From Bdellovibrionales bacterium (GTDB taxonomy: Bacteria; Bdellovibrionota; Bdellovibrionia; Bdellovibrionales; JAUICD01): 64,000 nucleotides of DNA. Shown in pieces: positions 40,577-52,200 of the stretch. The notes beneath the pieces are model-generated. The model worked only from the letters and a program-made list of their open reading frames with translations, was not told the DNA's origin and did not search any database. Each line of letters opens with the position of its first letter. Positions within the stretch are counted from its first letter, which is position 1. Made by a program: the position numbers and the translations under genes. The stretch is taken from positions 1,664,001-1,728,000 of the forward strand of contig OZ241865.1 in the NCBI GenBank assembly GCA_965203275.1. Reading direction: 5' to 3'.

Positions 40577-42757
40577 ATGAAAAGTCAAATTTGTGATCAA
40601 GTAACATTAAAACTTATTATAATTTTTATTTTTTTAGGGATGATAACGTCTGGATGTGATTCTAGTACAAAGCCTGAAAAACCACATCTTCCAAGTCAAC
40701 AAAGTCCAGAGGTTCAAGATATTCAAGATGTTTATGAAATCCACGAAACACCCAATAATACAGAGATAGTATCAGAAGTACCTACAGAAATTATGGATAT
40801 GTCAAAAGAATCTCCATTTGAAGAAGTTCCATTTGAAGAAGTGGTGATCAAAGAGTTCGAAGATACTAGTACAGAACAAAATACAAATTTAGAGCCTCAA
40901 AAACCTGATATTTCCTTTATTCAGGCTGTAGAGCAGAACAAAGTAGATACTATACAAAAATGGCTTGAAATGGCAACAGACCCTGATGCAAGAAACAGCA
41001 AAGGGCAAACAGCTTTGATCATAGCTGCTTGTCAGGGTTATATAGAAGCTACACAGATGCTTTTAAATGTAGGTGCTGATCTCTACTTAAAAGATCAGTT
41101 AGATCATTCAGCTGTGATGTGTGCTATTTCTAAGGATTATATTAATGTAGCCCGAATGCTTTTAGAGCATACAGAAAACCTCAACCTAGAAGTCAATGAA
41201 AGAGGTGAAAGCATCTTGATATGGGCTGCTCGCATGGGCTATGAAAGGGCTGTATCATTGCTGATTGAATTAAATCTTAATTTGAATATTCAAGATAAAT
41301 ATCATTATACAGCCTTAATATGGGCTGCCAGAAATGGCCATACAAAGGTAGCTCGTTTATTGATAGATGCTAAAGCTAATGTAAATGCACAAGATAATTC
41401 TGACAACACAGCACTAATGTGGGCAGCTTTTTATAATCACATAGAGATAGCTAAGATGCTTATAGCTAATCGCATAGATCTCAACTTAGCAGATGATCAT
41501 GCACACACAACTCCTTTGATGTGGGCTACTTTAAGAGATCATATAGAAATAGCTGAAATGCTTTTAGAGGCAGGGGCAGATCCTGTCCCTAGCTATCTAA
41601 ATACTTATACACCTCTTACATGGGCGGCTCTTAAAGGTTATAGCTCAAAAATTTCATTACTTCTTAAAGATGGTGAAGATCCTAACGTAAGGGATCAGCG
41701 TGACAGGATTCCTTTGCTCACAGCTATCAGAAAAAATACAACAGCAATCGTTAAACCTTTCATGGAAACAAACATAGATCTCAATGTGAAAGATGGAGAT
41801 GGTAATACTTTATTGATAAAGTCTGCCTATTATGGTCATACAGATATTCTTAAGATACTTATAGAAAAAGAAGTAGACCTCGATATTCAAAACAATGAGG
41901 GATACAACAATATAGGATACAGTGGATTGATGCAAGCTGTTCGAGGAGGTCATATAGAAGCAGTTAAGTTATTAGTGGAGGCAGGGGCAGATCCTTTTTT
42001 AAAAAGAGGATCTGTAACAGCCTTAAGTTTTGCTGCAATAGAGGGTCATGTAGAAATATCTAGGATACTCATAAGTTTTATGCTTGAAAGGAATCCTCAA
42101 TTTTCTGATGATTATGCTTTTCTTTGGGCTGTCAAACATGGACATATAGAAATTGTCCGATTAATGGTAGCTGGTGGTTTTGATGTAAATACTAAGATAT
42201 CATCACCTAAGTCAGTTCTAGCAGAAGCTATTTCCCATCGCTATATAGATATAATAGAGCTATTAATAAATTCTGGTATTAATGTAGGACGTGGCAGTGC
42301 AAACACTTCGCCTGTTGCAACCTACAAAAGAGATGCTAATGGAGAACTACCTCTTACCCTTGAATCGATTTTCGACACTGTACCTCCTTTAATCAGAGCT
42401 ACTAATATAGGAGATACAAAAATAGTCAGCATGCTTTTAGAGGCAGGTGCGAACCCCAATCGCTATGGTGATTATGGAAATACAGCTTTGATTCATGCAG
42501 CTCGAAAAGGTTATACGGAAGTTATGGCCATGCTGTTAGCAGTAGGTGCTAGAATTGATTCACAAAATCGTTATGGCAGAACAGCTCTAATGGAGGCTAT
42601 TGATAAGGGTAAAACCACAGTAGCTCTTTTACTGATAGAAGCAGGTGCTAAACTTGATATTGTAGATATCGATGGTTATACAGCCCTAAGCCTAGCACGT
42701 CAAAAGAATAACAGAAGAGTTATAAACAAGTTATATGCGTATAATGTTAGAAGATAG
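40577..42757 (+). CDS. Ankyrin repeat lipoprotein
   Basis: Lipobox ITSGC; many TALIWAA-type repeats. Confidence 0.93.
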   Translation: MKSQICDQVTLKLIIIFIFLGMITSGCDSSTKPEKPHLPSQQSPEVQDIQDVYEIHETPNNTEIVSEVPTEIMDMSKESPFEEVPFEEVVIKEFEDTSTEQNTNLEPQKPDISFIQAVEQNKVDTIQKWLEMATDPDARNSKGQTALIIAACQGYIEATQMLLNVGADLYLKDQLDHSAVMCAISKDYINVARMLLEHTENLNLEVNERGESILIWAARMGYERAVSLLIELNLNLNIQDKYHYTALIWAARNGHTKVARLLIDAKANVNAQDNSDNTALMWAAFYNHIEIAKMLIANRIDLNLADDHAHTTPLMWATLRDHIEIAEMLLEAGADPVPSYLNTYTPLTWAALKGYSSKISLLLKDGEDPNVRDQRDRIPLLTAIRKNTTAIVKPFMETNIDLNVKDGDGNTLLIKSAYYGHTDILKILIEKEVDLDIQNNEGYNNIGYSGLMQAVRGGHIEAVKLLVEAGADPFLKRGSVTALSFAAIEGHVEISRILISFMLERNPQFSDDYAFLWAVKHGHIEIVRLMVAGGFDVNTKISSPKSVLAEAISHRYIDIIELLINSGINVGRGSANTSPVATYKRDANGELPLTLESIFDTVPPLIRATNIGDTKIVSMLLEAGANPNRYGDYGNTALIHAARKGYTEVMAMLLAVGARIDSQNRYGRTALMEAIDKGKTTVALLLIEAGAKLDIVDIDGYTALSLARQKNNRRVINKLYAYNVRR

Positions 42758-42766
42758 AGGCGTTTG

Positions 42767-43110
42767 GTTCACTCAAAATGCATCATGCCTCTGGCATGTT
42801 TTCTGGCAGTTAGCCCAACGGCTTATCGCCGTTGATCAAAGGCTAACTGCCTAGAAAATCCATTTATTTTGAGTAAGGAGGATCTCTTCGTTTCTTGACA
42901 CCATGTTAAGGAAAAAGATTTCCTTCTGATGTTTGCTCTGACAGCTTACGCTGTCTAAAAAGAGCAATGCCACAAAAAACTGCTCATTTTGAGTAGGGAG
43001 GATCTCTTCGTTTCTTGACACCATGTTAAGGAAACAAGATGTTTATCGCAAAGGCTTTCGCCTTTGATAAAATGGTCATTGCCTCAAAAATCTATGCATT
43101 TTGAGTGAAA
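42767..43110 (+). repeat. Element A (42767-42914) plus two partial tandem copies
   Basis: Nested stems; hub at 42905 and 43025. Confidence 0.88.
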
Positions 43111-43131
43111 TAATGAAAAGGGTTTGAAAAT

Positions 43132-43806
43132 ATGAAAAATGATGAAAATAACCTATTTTTAAGTTTAACAAAAGATCGCATTTTCAAGATTTTTTTTAAG
43201 GGCCGAGAAGATTTAGTCAAATCACTCTTAGAGAGTTTTTTACCTTTGCCAAAAGGTTCTGTGATAGAGAGTGTTTCCATATTGGATCCTGAACTTCATC
43301 AGGACAAGATTCATAAGTTATTCGTATTAGATTTATGTGTCAAAATAAGGCGAATGTTAAATGGTGTTCTTGCAAGGCCGGAGAAAGTGAATGTGGAGGT
43401 TCAGACCACATCTTATAAGCATTTTACAGATAGGGTATTAGCTTATTCTAGTCGTCTTTATGGTAATCAATTGAGGGAGGGTGAAGGTTTTGATCAGTTA
43501 CTTCCTATATACACACTTGTTTTCACAACAGTTAATTTGAGAGAGTTTAAAGATGTACAAGATTATTGCCATATTTGTAATCTCCGTAGAACAGAGTATC
43601 CTTATGCTGTGATGTCTAAGGGTATGTGTTTTGTGATAGTAGAGTTAGATAAGTTTCGTTCAGAATTAAACCATTTGCTTGACAAAAGAGATGCTTGGTG
43701 TTATCTTTTAAAGAATGCAAGTAATATGAATTTAAAGGAGTATACCAATTTTCAGAATAAAAGGGATCCTTCTTCTGGGATCTGGCAACCCGGCATCAGG
43801 TCCTAA
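43132..43806 (+). pseudogene. Rpn/PD-(D/E)XK nuclease family transposase, N-terminal part truncated by an element insertion
   Basis: KDRIFKIFF, VLDLCV..VNVEVQ, DRVLAYSSRLY..QL, WCYLLKN; the last codons come from the repeat. Confidence 0.85.
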
Positions 43807-43961
43807 AACTGAACTTTTTCCTTAACATTGTGTTAAAAAAGGAAAGGATCCTTCCTACTAAAAATAAACGGATTTTTGAGGCAATCAGCCTTTGATCGAC
43901 GGCGAGAGCCGTCGGGCTGATTGCCCAAAAACAGCCAGAGGCTGGTTTATTTTTAGTGAGA
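43765..43961 (-). mobile_element. Element A (43817-43961) with tail, inserted in the Rpn gene
   Basis: Splits the gene; flanked by AGAATAAAAGG at 43754-43764 and 43959-43969. Confidence 0.8.
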
Positions 43962-43976
43962 ATAAAAGGAGGTATT

Positions 43977-44363
43977 ATGGCAAAGGCAGCGGATCATCTA
44001 TGGGACTTATCGCAGGACGAAATTTTGCAAGAAATTGCATTTAAGGAGAGATTAAATGAGATGGAGCGACAGGCAATAGAGAAGGAACGACAAGAAGCAG
44101 AGAAAGAACGACAACAAGCAGAGAAAGAACGACAACAAGCAGAGGAGAAGAAGCGACAAGCAGAGGAGAAGAAGCGACAAGCAGAGGAGAAAGAGGCTAG
44201 GGAAAAAGCAGTTAAGCAAGCAGTAGAGCAAGGGATGGAACAAGGGATGAAACAGAAACAAAAAGAATTTGTTCTTAAGTTAATTGAGAGAAAAATGAAA
44301 TTACAAGAAATTTGTGAGATCACTGGCTTATCGGAGGCAGAGGTTCAAAAAATGAGCAAATAA
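43977..44363 (+). CDS. Rpn C-terminal segment (RpnS-like small protein)
   Basis: AAGGAGG-N4-ATG; coiled-coil repeats, GMEQGM, EICEITGLSEAEVQKM. Confidence 0.75.
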   Translation: MAKAADHLWDLSQDEILQEIAFKERLNEMERQAIEKERQEAEKERQQAEKERQQAEEKKRQAEEKKRQAEEKEAREKAVKQAVEQGMEQGMKQKQKEFVLKLIERKMKLQEICEITGLSEAEVQKMSK

Positions 44364-44401
44364 TCAATCAGTTGTAATAGCATTCCATTTTGAAATCAAT
44401 T

Positions 44402-44710
44402 GTCACTAAAAGTGAACCAGCTTCTGCTGTAGCTCATTTTAAGTGAAACATTATCCCTAACCCCACCCGCCACCCTTCGATTCTGCTTTTCTATTTTGTT
44501 TGTATGAATATGAGTGGGATGCGGGGTCAGGCTTCCGAAGTCCTCAACCTTCGCTTGCTTTTGGAGAGCAAGCGGGTCTGCGGAAGATCTTCAGCCTGCC
44601 CCCACCTCCAACTCATATATATATATATTCATTTTTTTGAAAGTTACGCAGAATCTAAAAGAGAATAAAAAAAACAAAAAAATGAAACTCTTTTTCCTTA
44701 ACATTTCCCT
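44402..44710 (-). repeat. Minimal A derivative plus full module E (44454-44702)
   Basis: Reverse complement of 28749-28986. Confidence 0.85.
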
Positions 44711-44951
44711 CAATGTAAATCAAATAAAAATTTATAATAGAATAACAAGGTCAATAAAACTAAGTGAATGTCTCAAAATGAAACACTTTTCTCATAAATT
44801 TAGGACTTTATGATAAATAAGAAATAATTTTTAAAAAAAAATTAAAAAATAAAAACAAAACATCCGAATAAATAGAGATTCTATAAATAACTGTCATTAT
44901 CAAACAGACTTAAGGAAAGTAAAAAATAAATGACTTAAGGAGTGAATAACA

Positions 44952-47900
44952 ATGAAAAGTAAAGTATTGATAACCTTGTTTATATTGGTCTTTTGCTTTG
45001 CTATAGATACAATAGATACAAATGTACACGCTCAAAGTCGCACTGTAAGTGACCTCTTAAATAAGATTTCTAAAAAGCGTGTCAAAAAGAGACAAACAGC
45101 AGTACCTACATTACAAGATCCAAAACCTAAAAGAATTAAAAGATCTCAATTAAGACGGGTAGCTCCCACAAAGAGATCATCAACGTCCTTTTTAGGTCAA
45201 AGTGGAGACGAAGCCCAATTAGGAAAACTCCTTGATGAAGAAATTAAACAACTTTTTAAACTCATGCAACGTTATCAAAAAAGCAATGACCGAGGAGAAA
45301 TTTGGTTGCGTCTTGCAGAAAGATATATAGAAAAATCTAAACTTTTAGAGATAAACATTCAACGAAAGTTTGATAAAAGATTACAAAAATGGGAAAATAC
45401 AGGTCGCCAAAGCAATCCTCCTAGGCTCAACTTAAAGCCAGTTTATGTTTTCAATAGAAAAGCTATTGAGCTTTATAGGCTTTTTCTAAAAAACTTTCCA
45501 AAAGATAGCAAAATAGACCAAGCATTGTTTTTCCTCGGCTGGAATTACTTTAACTTAAATCAAGCAGATGAAGGTGTTAAATATTATAATCGTCTTATTG
45601 TAGAACATAAAAGAAGCCCTTATGTTAAAGAGGTTTATTTTGAACTAGGAGATTATTATTTTGAAAAGAAAAACTGGAACAGAGCTAAAAAAGAATTTTT
45701 AAAAGTAGCTCGCAAAAAACCAAAAGACAGATTTTATCACCTTGCAATCTATAAACTTGCATGGTGTGAATACAACTTAGGTAATGGGCCAAAAGGTATT
45801 AGGTATTTAGAAAGAGTGCTAACTGAGACAAAAAAATTATCGGCATCCAATAATTTGAATAATAAAGGCATAAGTCACATCCATTTAGCTAGAGAGGCTA
45901 CAAGAGACCTCATTGTGTTTTATTCTAAAGTGAAAAATTATAAAGGTGCTAAAGCTTACTTCCGGAGATTTTTTAATAGAGAAACTGTTAGTAAACATCT
46001 TGAAGAACTAGCGTATATTTATGCTGATGATAAAAACCATCAGGCAGCTCGTCATGTATTTAAAATTTTAATTCAAGAAAATTCCACATCTCCAAAAGCT
46101 TTTGAATATCAAAGAGAAATTGTGTCTGTTTACCACGGCTTGGAATCACCTATTTTCAAATCAGAGCTTTTTGACTGGGTCTCTAAATATTCTAAAAAAA
46201 GTCGATGGGCGACTGCTAATAGAGAAAATACAGATGTTTTACAAAAAGCCGAAAACACCCGTGAAGATACTCTTCGAAGATATATATTAGGCATTCATCA
46301 AACAGCTCAAAAATCCAATGCCCTTCGTAGCAAAAAAGAAGCTATGGAAGGATATAACATTTATCTTAATTATTTTGCCAATCATAAAGAAGCAATAGAG
46401 ATGAGATTTTATTTTGCAGAGCTTCTCTATGATCTTAAAAGATTTCCACAAGCATCTGTCCAATATCTTAAGGTAGCTGATGCAAAATCTAAAAATAAAT
46501 ATTCCAATGAAGCTCTAATGAATGCCTTTTTAGCATTAGATCAAGGATTAAAACAAAACAAAAAACGCATCAATAAAAATACTAAAAGAGTTCCTTATCC
46601 TCCCGCAGAAAAGCAATTCTTAGCAACAGCTCAAAAATATCTACCTAGACTCAAACAAACCAATCCCGACAAAGTAGCCAATATTGCATTTAAAATAGCC
46701 CATATCATGTATACACATAACCATTTTGATCAAGCTTTAAAGTCCTTTTGGGATATCATTAAAGTCTATCCTAATACTGAATTTACAGAATCTTCTGCTC
46801 ATTTAATTTTAGATATTTATAATTTGAAAAAAGATTATGTAGGTCTGATCACTGCGGGAACACGGCTCATTCAGTCACCTTCTTTAAATCCTAAAATGAA
46901 AGCCGAAATCAAGGCTATTGTAGAGGGTTCTCAATTTCAAATTGCTCAAAACTTAGAGAAGCAAAAGAAATACAAAGACAGTGCAAAAGCTTATGGAGCT
47001 TTTGCAGACAAAAATCGAAAGTCTAAATTATATGCTCTTGCTATTTTTAATGCTGCAATTAACTATGAAAGAGGCAATGATATTCTAAGAGCTATCAAAT
47101 ATCATAGACAAGTTGTCAATACTAAAAATGCAGTTTCCAAAAGAGATCACCACCAAAAGTCAAGACGTATTTTAGCAACCCTTTATGAAAAGACAGGGCA
47201 ACTCAAGAAGGCAGCGTTTCATTTTGAAGCGTATGCAAAAGCTTATCCTAATGATCAATACACAAATGAATCTTATCATAATGCAGCTATTATTTTTAGA
47301 GGCTTCAAACAATATGACAAAGCTGTTCAAAATTTTAATTCTTATTACCATGCATCCCAAAACTCCAAGGCGGATAGATCAAAACGTCTATCTGCTCTCA
47401 TTTCTATTGCAGAAATTCATGAGCAAACAAATAGAAAAAAGAGAGCTTATGCTTATTATGAAAGATATATCAGAGAAAACCCATCAGATCCTGCAGAGAC
47501 TATTCTTGCTCACGTAAGATTAGCTCGTATTGCAGCTGATTTAAAGTGGAAGAAAAGAGCAAGTGAATGGTATACCAAAACTGTGGCTGTTCAAAAAGCT
47601 TACTCTAATATAGGAAAGTCAGAAGCTGCTGAAGCAAAATTTTATCTCTTACAAGAAACATATACAGAATTTCGATCGCTTCGCATACCTGTTAATCAAG
47701 CTCGTCAAGCAGGAGTTATTAATAAGAAGTTAGCTTTGTTGAAGACACTCAGTGCAAAGCTAGCTGAGGTTGTTGCTTATGATGATCCCAATTATGTGAT
47801 TCGTTCTGTCACTCTTATTGGTGAAGCGAATGAACATTTTGCTCAAGCAGTGATGACAGCTCCGCTTCCTCCAGGTCTTAATAAAGCACAAGAAGAGGAA

Positions 47901-48863
47901 TATAGAAAAGCTGTCGATCAAAAATTAGCAGCCCTCCCTCGACGTACAGCTATAGAAAATTATAAGCTTGCTATTCATAAAGCCTTTGAACTAAAAGCCT
48001 ACAATAAAGCACTCAAAAAAGCTTTCAAACGTTTAAGTGTCATGCAACCTAATTCTTATAAAGAAATGAAAGATATTCCCATTAGAACAGTCAAGCTGGA
48101 CCTTTATCGCCTAAACAGTGATCCTATAGAGGAAAATAATGATGAGGAGGAAGAAGAAGATATTGAGGAAGGTGCAAATGTCAAAGCAAGAAAAGTAAGA
48201 TCAAAATATACTCAATTAGCCTCTGCTATTCAAAATGGAAATGAACAAGAATCTCAGGTGATTCGAGCTGCCACGAAAATTCTTGCTAAAAATCCACAGG
48301 ATGGAGTGGTTCTCAATGGATTAGCTGTCTTCTATTTAAGAACTAAAAGACCAGGTATAGCTAAAATTTACTTAGGTAAAGCTCTTAAGTCAGATATTCC
48401 TAAAAGTGTTTTACAAAATAATAGAGCTGTTGCCAGTCTTATGGAGGGTGAAACTAAAGTAGCAGTAGATGATCTCATCCAGGTCATAAAAGAAAAAATA
48501 TCAGGTCCTGCTGCAGCTAATCTAGGCTATATTTTACTAGATCACCAAGACATGGTAAATGCTACTAGATATTTAAGAGTTGCAGCAAAAGCCTTCCCAG
48601 AAGATCCAGCTATTCTTAATAACTATGCTATCGTCCTTAAATATAGAGGAGAATTTGACCAGTCTAAAAGTCTATATAAACGATCTCTTGAAAAAGATTC
48701 ATCACATCCTCATATACAACTTAACTATGGAAGACTTTTAGTCGAAAAGTTTAAAGGAGATAATAAAAGAGAAGCTATAGAACTTTTAAATAAAGTAAAA
48801 TTTATAGGAAGTGATGTCACAACAATTAATGCAGCAGAAGATTTATTAAAAGAAGTTCAATAA
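44952..48863 (+). CDS. Gliding motility TPR protein GltD/AgmU-like, possibly fused to a GltE/AglT-like TPR region
   Basis: Signal peptide, extensive TPRs, synteny with gltF/gltG/aglRQS. Confidence 0.8.
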   Translation: MKSKVLITLFILVFCFAIDTIDTNVHAQSRTVSDLLNKISKKRVKKRQTAVPTLQDPKPKRIKRSQLRRVAPTKRSSTSFLGQSGDEAQLGKLLDEEIKQLFKLMQRYQKSNDRGEIWLRLAERYIEKSKLLEINIQRKFDKRLQKWENTGRQSNPPRLNLKPVYVFNRKAIELYRLFLKNFPKDSKIDQALFFLGWNYFNLNQADEGVKYYNRLIVEHKRSPYVKEVYFELGDYYFEKKNWNRAKKEFLKVARKKPKDRFYHLAIYKLAWCEYNLGNGPKGIRYLERVLTETKKLSASNNLNNKGISHIHLAREATRDLIVFYSKVKNYKGAKAYFRRFFNRETVSKHLEELAYIYADDKNHQAARHVFKILIQENSTSPKAFEYQREIVSVYHGLESPIFKSELFDWVSKYSKKSRWATANRENTDVLQKAENTREDTLRRYILGIHQTAQKSNALRSKKEAMEGYNIYLNYFANHKEAIEMRFYFAELLYDLKRFPQASVQYLKVADAKSKNKYSNEALMNAFLALDQGLKQNKKRINKNTKRVPYPPAEKQFLATAQKYLPRLKQTNPDKVANIAFKIAHIMYTHNHFDQALKSFWDIIKVYPNTEFTESSAHLILDIYNLKKDYVGLITAGTRLIQSPSLNPKMKAEIKAIVEGSQFQIAQNLEKQKKYKDSAKAYGAFADKNRKSKLYALAIFNAAINYERGNDILRAIKYHRQVVNTKNAVSKRDHHQKSRRILATLYEKTGQLKKAAFHFEAYAKAYPNDQYTNESYHNAAIIFRGFKQYDKAVQNFNSYYHASQNSKADRSKRLSALISIAEIHEQTNRKKRAYAYYERYIRENPSDPAETILAHVRLARIAADLKWKKRASEWYTKTVAVQKAYSNIGKSEAAEAKFYLLQETYTEFRSLRIPVNQARQAGVINKKLALLKTLSAKLAEVVAYDDPNYVIRSVTLIGEANEHFAQAVMTAPLPPGLNKAQEEEYRKAVDQKLAALPRRTAIENYKLAIHKAFELKAYNKALKKAFKRLSVMQPNSYKEMKDIPIRTVKLDLYRLNSDPIEENNDEEEEEDIEEGANVKARKVRSKYTQLASAIQNGNEQESQVIRAATKILAKNPQDGVVLNGLAVFYLRTKRPGIAKIYLGKALKSDIPKSVLQNNRAVASLMEGETKVAVDDLIQVIKEKISGPAAANLGYILLDHQDMVNATRYLRVAAKAFPEDPAILNNYAIVLKYRGEFDQSKSLYKRSLEKDSSHPHIQLNYGRLLVEKFKGDNKREAIELLNKVKFIGSDVTTINAAEDLLKEVQ

Positions 48864-48881
48864 TTATAAGGAGAGTAAAAA

Positions 48882-49142
48882 ATGATGAAATTTTGGTCTT
48901 TATTTATTTCATTGGTGTTTTTGGTTTCTTTACTTTTTAGTTTTGATGCCTTTGCTCAAAAAAATAACAGAAAATCAAAAAAACAAGTTCTTGATTTTGA
49001 AGATCAGCTAGTGGAAGGCGAAGTCAACAGATCTGAACTTTTATTTTTATTGCAAAAAAAGCGATATAATTTAGGACGTTTAATTCAACTTAGAGAAGAT
49101 TTTTTGCCAGAAATGCGACGTGGAAGGCAAAAGATCAAATAA
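48882..49142 (+). CDS. GltF/CglF-like small secreted gliding protein
   Basis: Signal peptide; LDFEDQLVEGE..LIQLREDFLPEM; synteny. Confidence 0.8.
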   Translation: MMKFWSLFISLVFLVSLLFSFDAFAQKNNRKSKKQVLDFEDQLVEGEVNRSELLFLLQKKRYNLGRLIQLREDFLPEMRRGRQKIK

Positions 49143-49225
49143 ATTTTAGGTCATAATGAAAAAAGTAAAACATCATAAACAACAACAGAAAGCAGTAATT
49201 GCAACGCAAAAATAAGTGACAGAAA

Positions 49226-52200
49226 ATGAAAGATATTTTTCTTAAAATTTATTATAACCAACAGCTTATAGGAGTTAAACAATTCCGTACAGACCGCGTT
49301 GTTTTAGGTAGTGGCAATGTAGATATTCGTCTCGAGGGTCTTTTACTGGCCCATGCAGAGATTATCAAAAGAAAAGATGGCCATTATTATATAGTGACTG
49401 GACCTGAGTTTGTCTTTATTAAAGGGCAGTGGGTTAAAGAATATCTTCTTTCAACACATGAGTTTTTTCAAATAGGTCCTTATCAGATAGAAGTTTATTT
49501 AGGTTTCCCAGAAGCAGTATCCTTACCACCGATACAGCCTATACCACAAGCTTCTAGTGGAGGAGTCCAATCACAACCTATACCTCCTCCTGCTTCAAAT
49601 ATGCAACCTCATCAACATACACCTGCACTTCATCCACAACAAATACAACCTATTGCTCCACCTTCCGGCACGCCTCCACACACTGCTCCTCCTCCACAAC
49701 AAATACAACCTGTTACTCCACCTTCCGGTACACCTCCGCAAACTGCTCCTCCTCCACAACAAATACAACCTATTGCTCCACCTTCCGGTACGCCTCCACA
49801 AATTGCTCCTCCTCCGCAACAAACACAACCAGTTACTCCACCTCCCGGTACACCTCCGCAAACTGCTCCTCCTCCGCAACAAACACAACCTGTTACTCCA
49901 CCTCCCGGTACACCTCCGCAAACTGCTCCTCCTCCGCAACAAACACAACCAGTTACTCCACCTCCCGGTACACCTCCGCAAACTGCTCCTCCTCCGCAAC
50001 AAACACAACCTGTTACTCCACCTCCCGGCACACCTCCACAAGCAATGCCTCTGCAACCTCCATCTCAAACACCTGTAACACCATCACAAGCAGAACAATA
50101 TCCTCCAGCAATAACACCCTATTTATCACATCCAATGCCACCCGCACCACCACCTCCACAAGTACCACTTCAGCAACAAGAGTCACAGGAGTCATCTGAA
50201 CAGAAGACATCTACTATATCACTTACACAAACTGAATCAGCACAGCTCTTATCTGAATTGATGGCAGAGGAACAAACAGAAGTCACGAGTACACAAGTGC
50301 CATCTCAATATCCTGATCCACAAATATCACCTGAGCTATCACAACAAACACAACCTGTTGTTCCACCTCCTGGTACGATTCCACAAACTGCTCCTATTCC
50401 GCAATCAACGCAACCAGTTACTCCGCAACCAACACAATCTGTTGCTCCACAACCAACGCAACCTGTTGCTCCACAACCAACGCAACCTGTTGCTCCACAA
50501 CCAACACAACCAGTTACTCCGCAACCAACACAATCTGTTGCTCCACAACCAACACAACCTGTGATTCCTCAACAAGCAGTGCAAGTGCAACCTCAAGTCA
50601 CACAACAACAGATACCTCCATCTCCAGATATTTCTGTATCAGCAACAAAATCTTCAAAAGATTTACTCACTGAAGAAGCGAAGAGGCAGCCATCTGAAGA
50701 GATTCATGATCAGGTAGATTTATATGGAGCATCTCAGATGACTCAAAAAGCAGAGATGGTATCTTCTTCCTCACCAACACCTATCACAGAGGAGACAGAG
50801 GAAGACACAGTTTCACTCCACAAACCACGAAAGAGCTACCGTAAAAAAGCCACTTTTGCATCTTCTAGTGATCTCAAAGATATTAATGAAAGGATTAAAC
50901 CAGAAGAAGGAAGTGTTATTAAAGTACTTGTGACTTGGAATGAGAAAATACTCAACACACTTTATTTTGACTCTAACTCTACTGTCACTGTTGGCTCTCA
51001 CCCTAAAAGTGATATTCTTTTACCAGTGTTTGGTAGCTCTCAATATTTACATAAATTAATTAAAATTAGCAACCTAGCTTCCTTGTCGATCACACACAAA
51101 ATGAAGGGTGTTTTAGTCAAAAACTCTGAGCATATCCCCTTTGACGATCTGATTAATAGTGGAGCAGCAAATCGATCAAAATCTGGATTTAACATTGACT
51201 TACAAAGAGGGGAAATGGCAAGAGTTGATTTTGAAAATGGTTTGTCTATTTTTGTCAAATACACAGCACCTACTCCAAAGCCCTTATTGGGGCCTTTTCT
51301 AGCTCTTACATCAGGACAACTTAATGGTCTCATCATGGCTATTGGTTCGACTATAGTCATGGCTATTTTTTTTTTAATGGTCCACGAACCTATTGCTATA
51401 GAACCAGAAGATGAATTGGAAGAGAGAACAGCTACTTTTGTTTATAAAAAACCTCCACCACCTCGTATTGAACCTATCCCTGTTGTGAAAAAGGAACCAC
51501 CAAAGCCTATTAAAATTAAACCTCGAAAGGTCAAACCAAAAGAAAAGCCTAAGAAAAGACCTCAACCACAACAAGTTGCTAAGACAAAACCTAAACAACC
51601 TGTCAAAAGGAGAGTGGTAAGAAGAGCAAAAGAAGGAGCAAGACCAAAAGACCTTAAACCTGTCTCTAAAAAGACCAAGAGTAAACAGTTTGCAGCAGGA
51701 ACGAGTAAAAATGGTAGAGAAGCACTTCAAGCTAAAAGAGGAGCTGGCAAAGGCGGAGGTAGTGGAGCAAAGGCTGAAGGCAGAAAGAAAAAAGACATCA
51801 ATCAAATTGGTTTATTGGGAACTTTTTCAAAAGGAGGTTTAGAAGATACTCTTAGGACTGCTTCTGATGGGGCAGGAGTTGTAGGAGGTGCAGCTCGCAA
51901 AGCTAGAGGTGCAGGTGGTTCTGCCAGTGGTCGAGGAGGTGTTGGTGCAGGTGGAGGTCTTGCAGCTATTGGTCGAGGAGGAAAAGGAGAAAGCACTTAT
52001 GGCATTCCAGGTGGAGTCAAAACAAGAGGACGTGGAGGCGGTACAAAAGGTTATGGCTTTGGTTCTCTTGGTGGAAAATCAAATGTACGGGTTGATTTAC
52101 CAGGAGGTGTCGGAGAAACTATCACAGGTATGATGGATAAAGAAGCTATACGTAAAGTAGTTAGAAGAAACTTACGCCAATTAAGAACTTGTTATGAAAG

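Noticed and set aside
49557..50608. Overlapping Cys/Gly-, Arg/Trp- and Leu/His-rich ORFs
   Set aside because: Alternate frames of the gltG Pro/Gln repeats.
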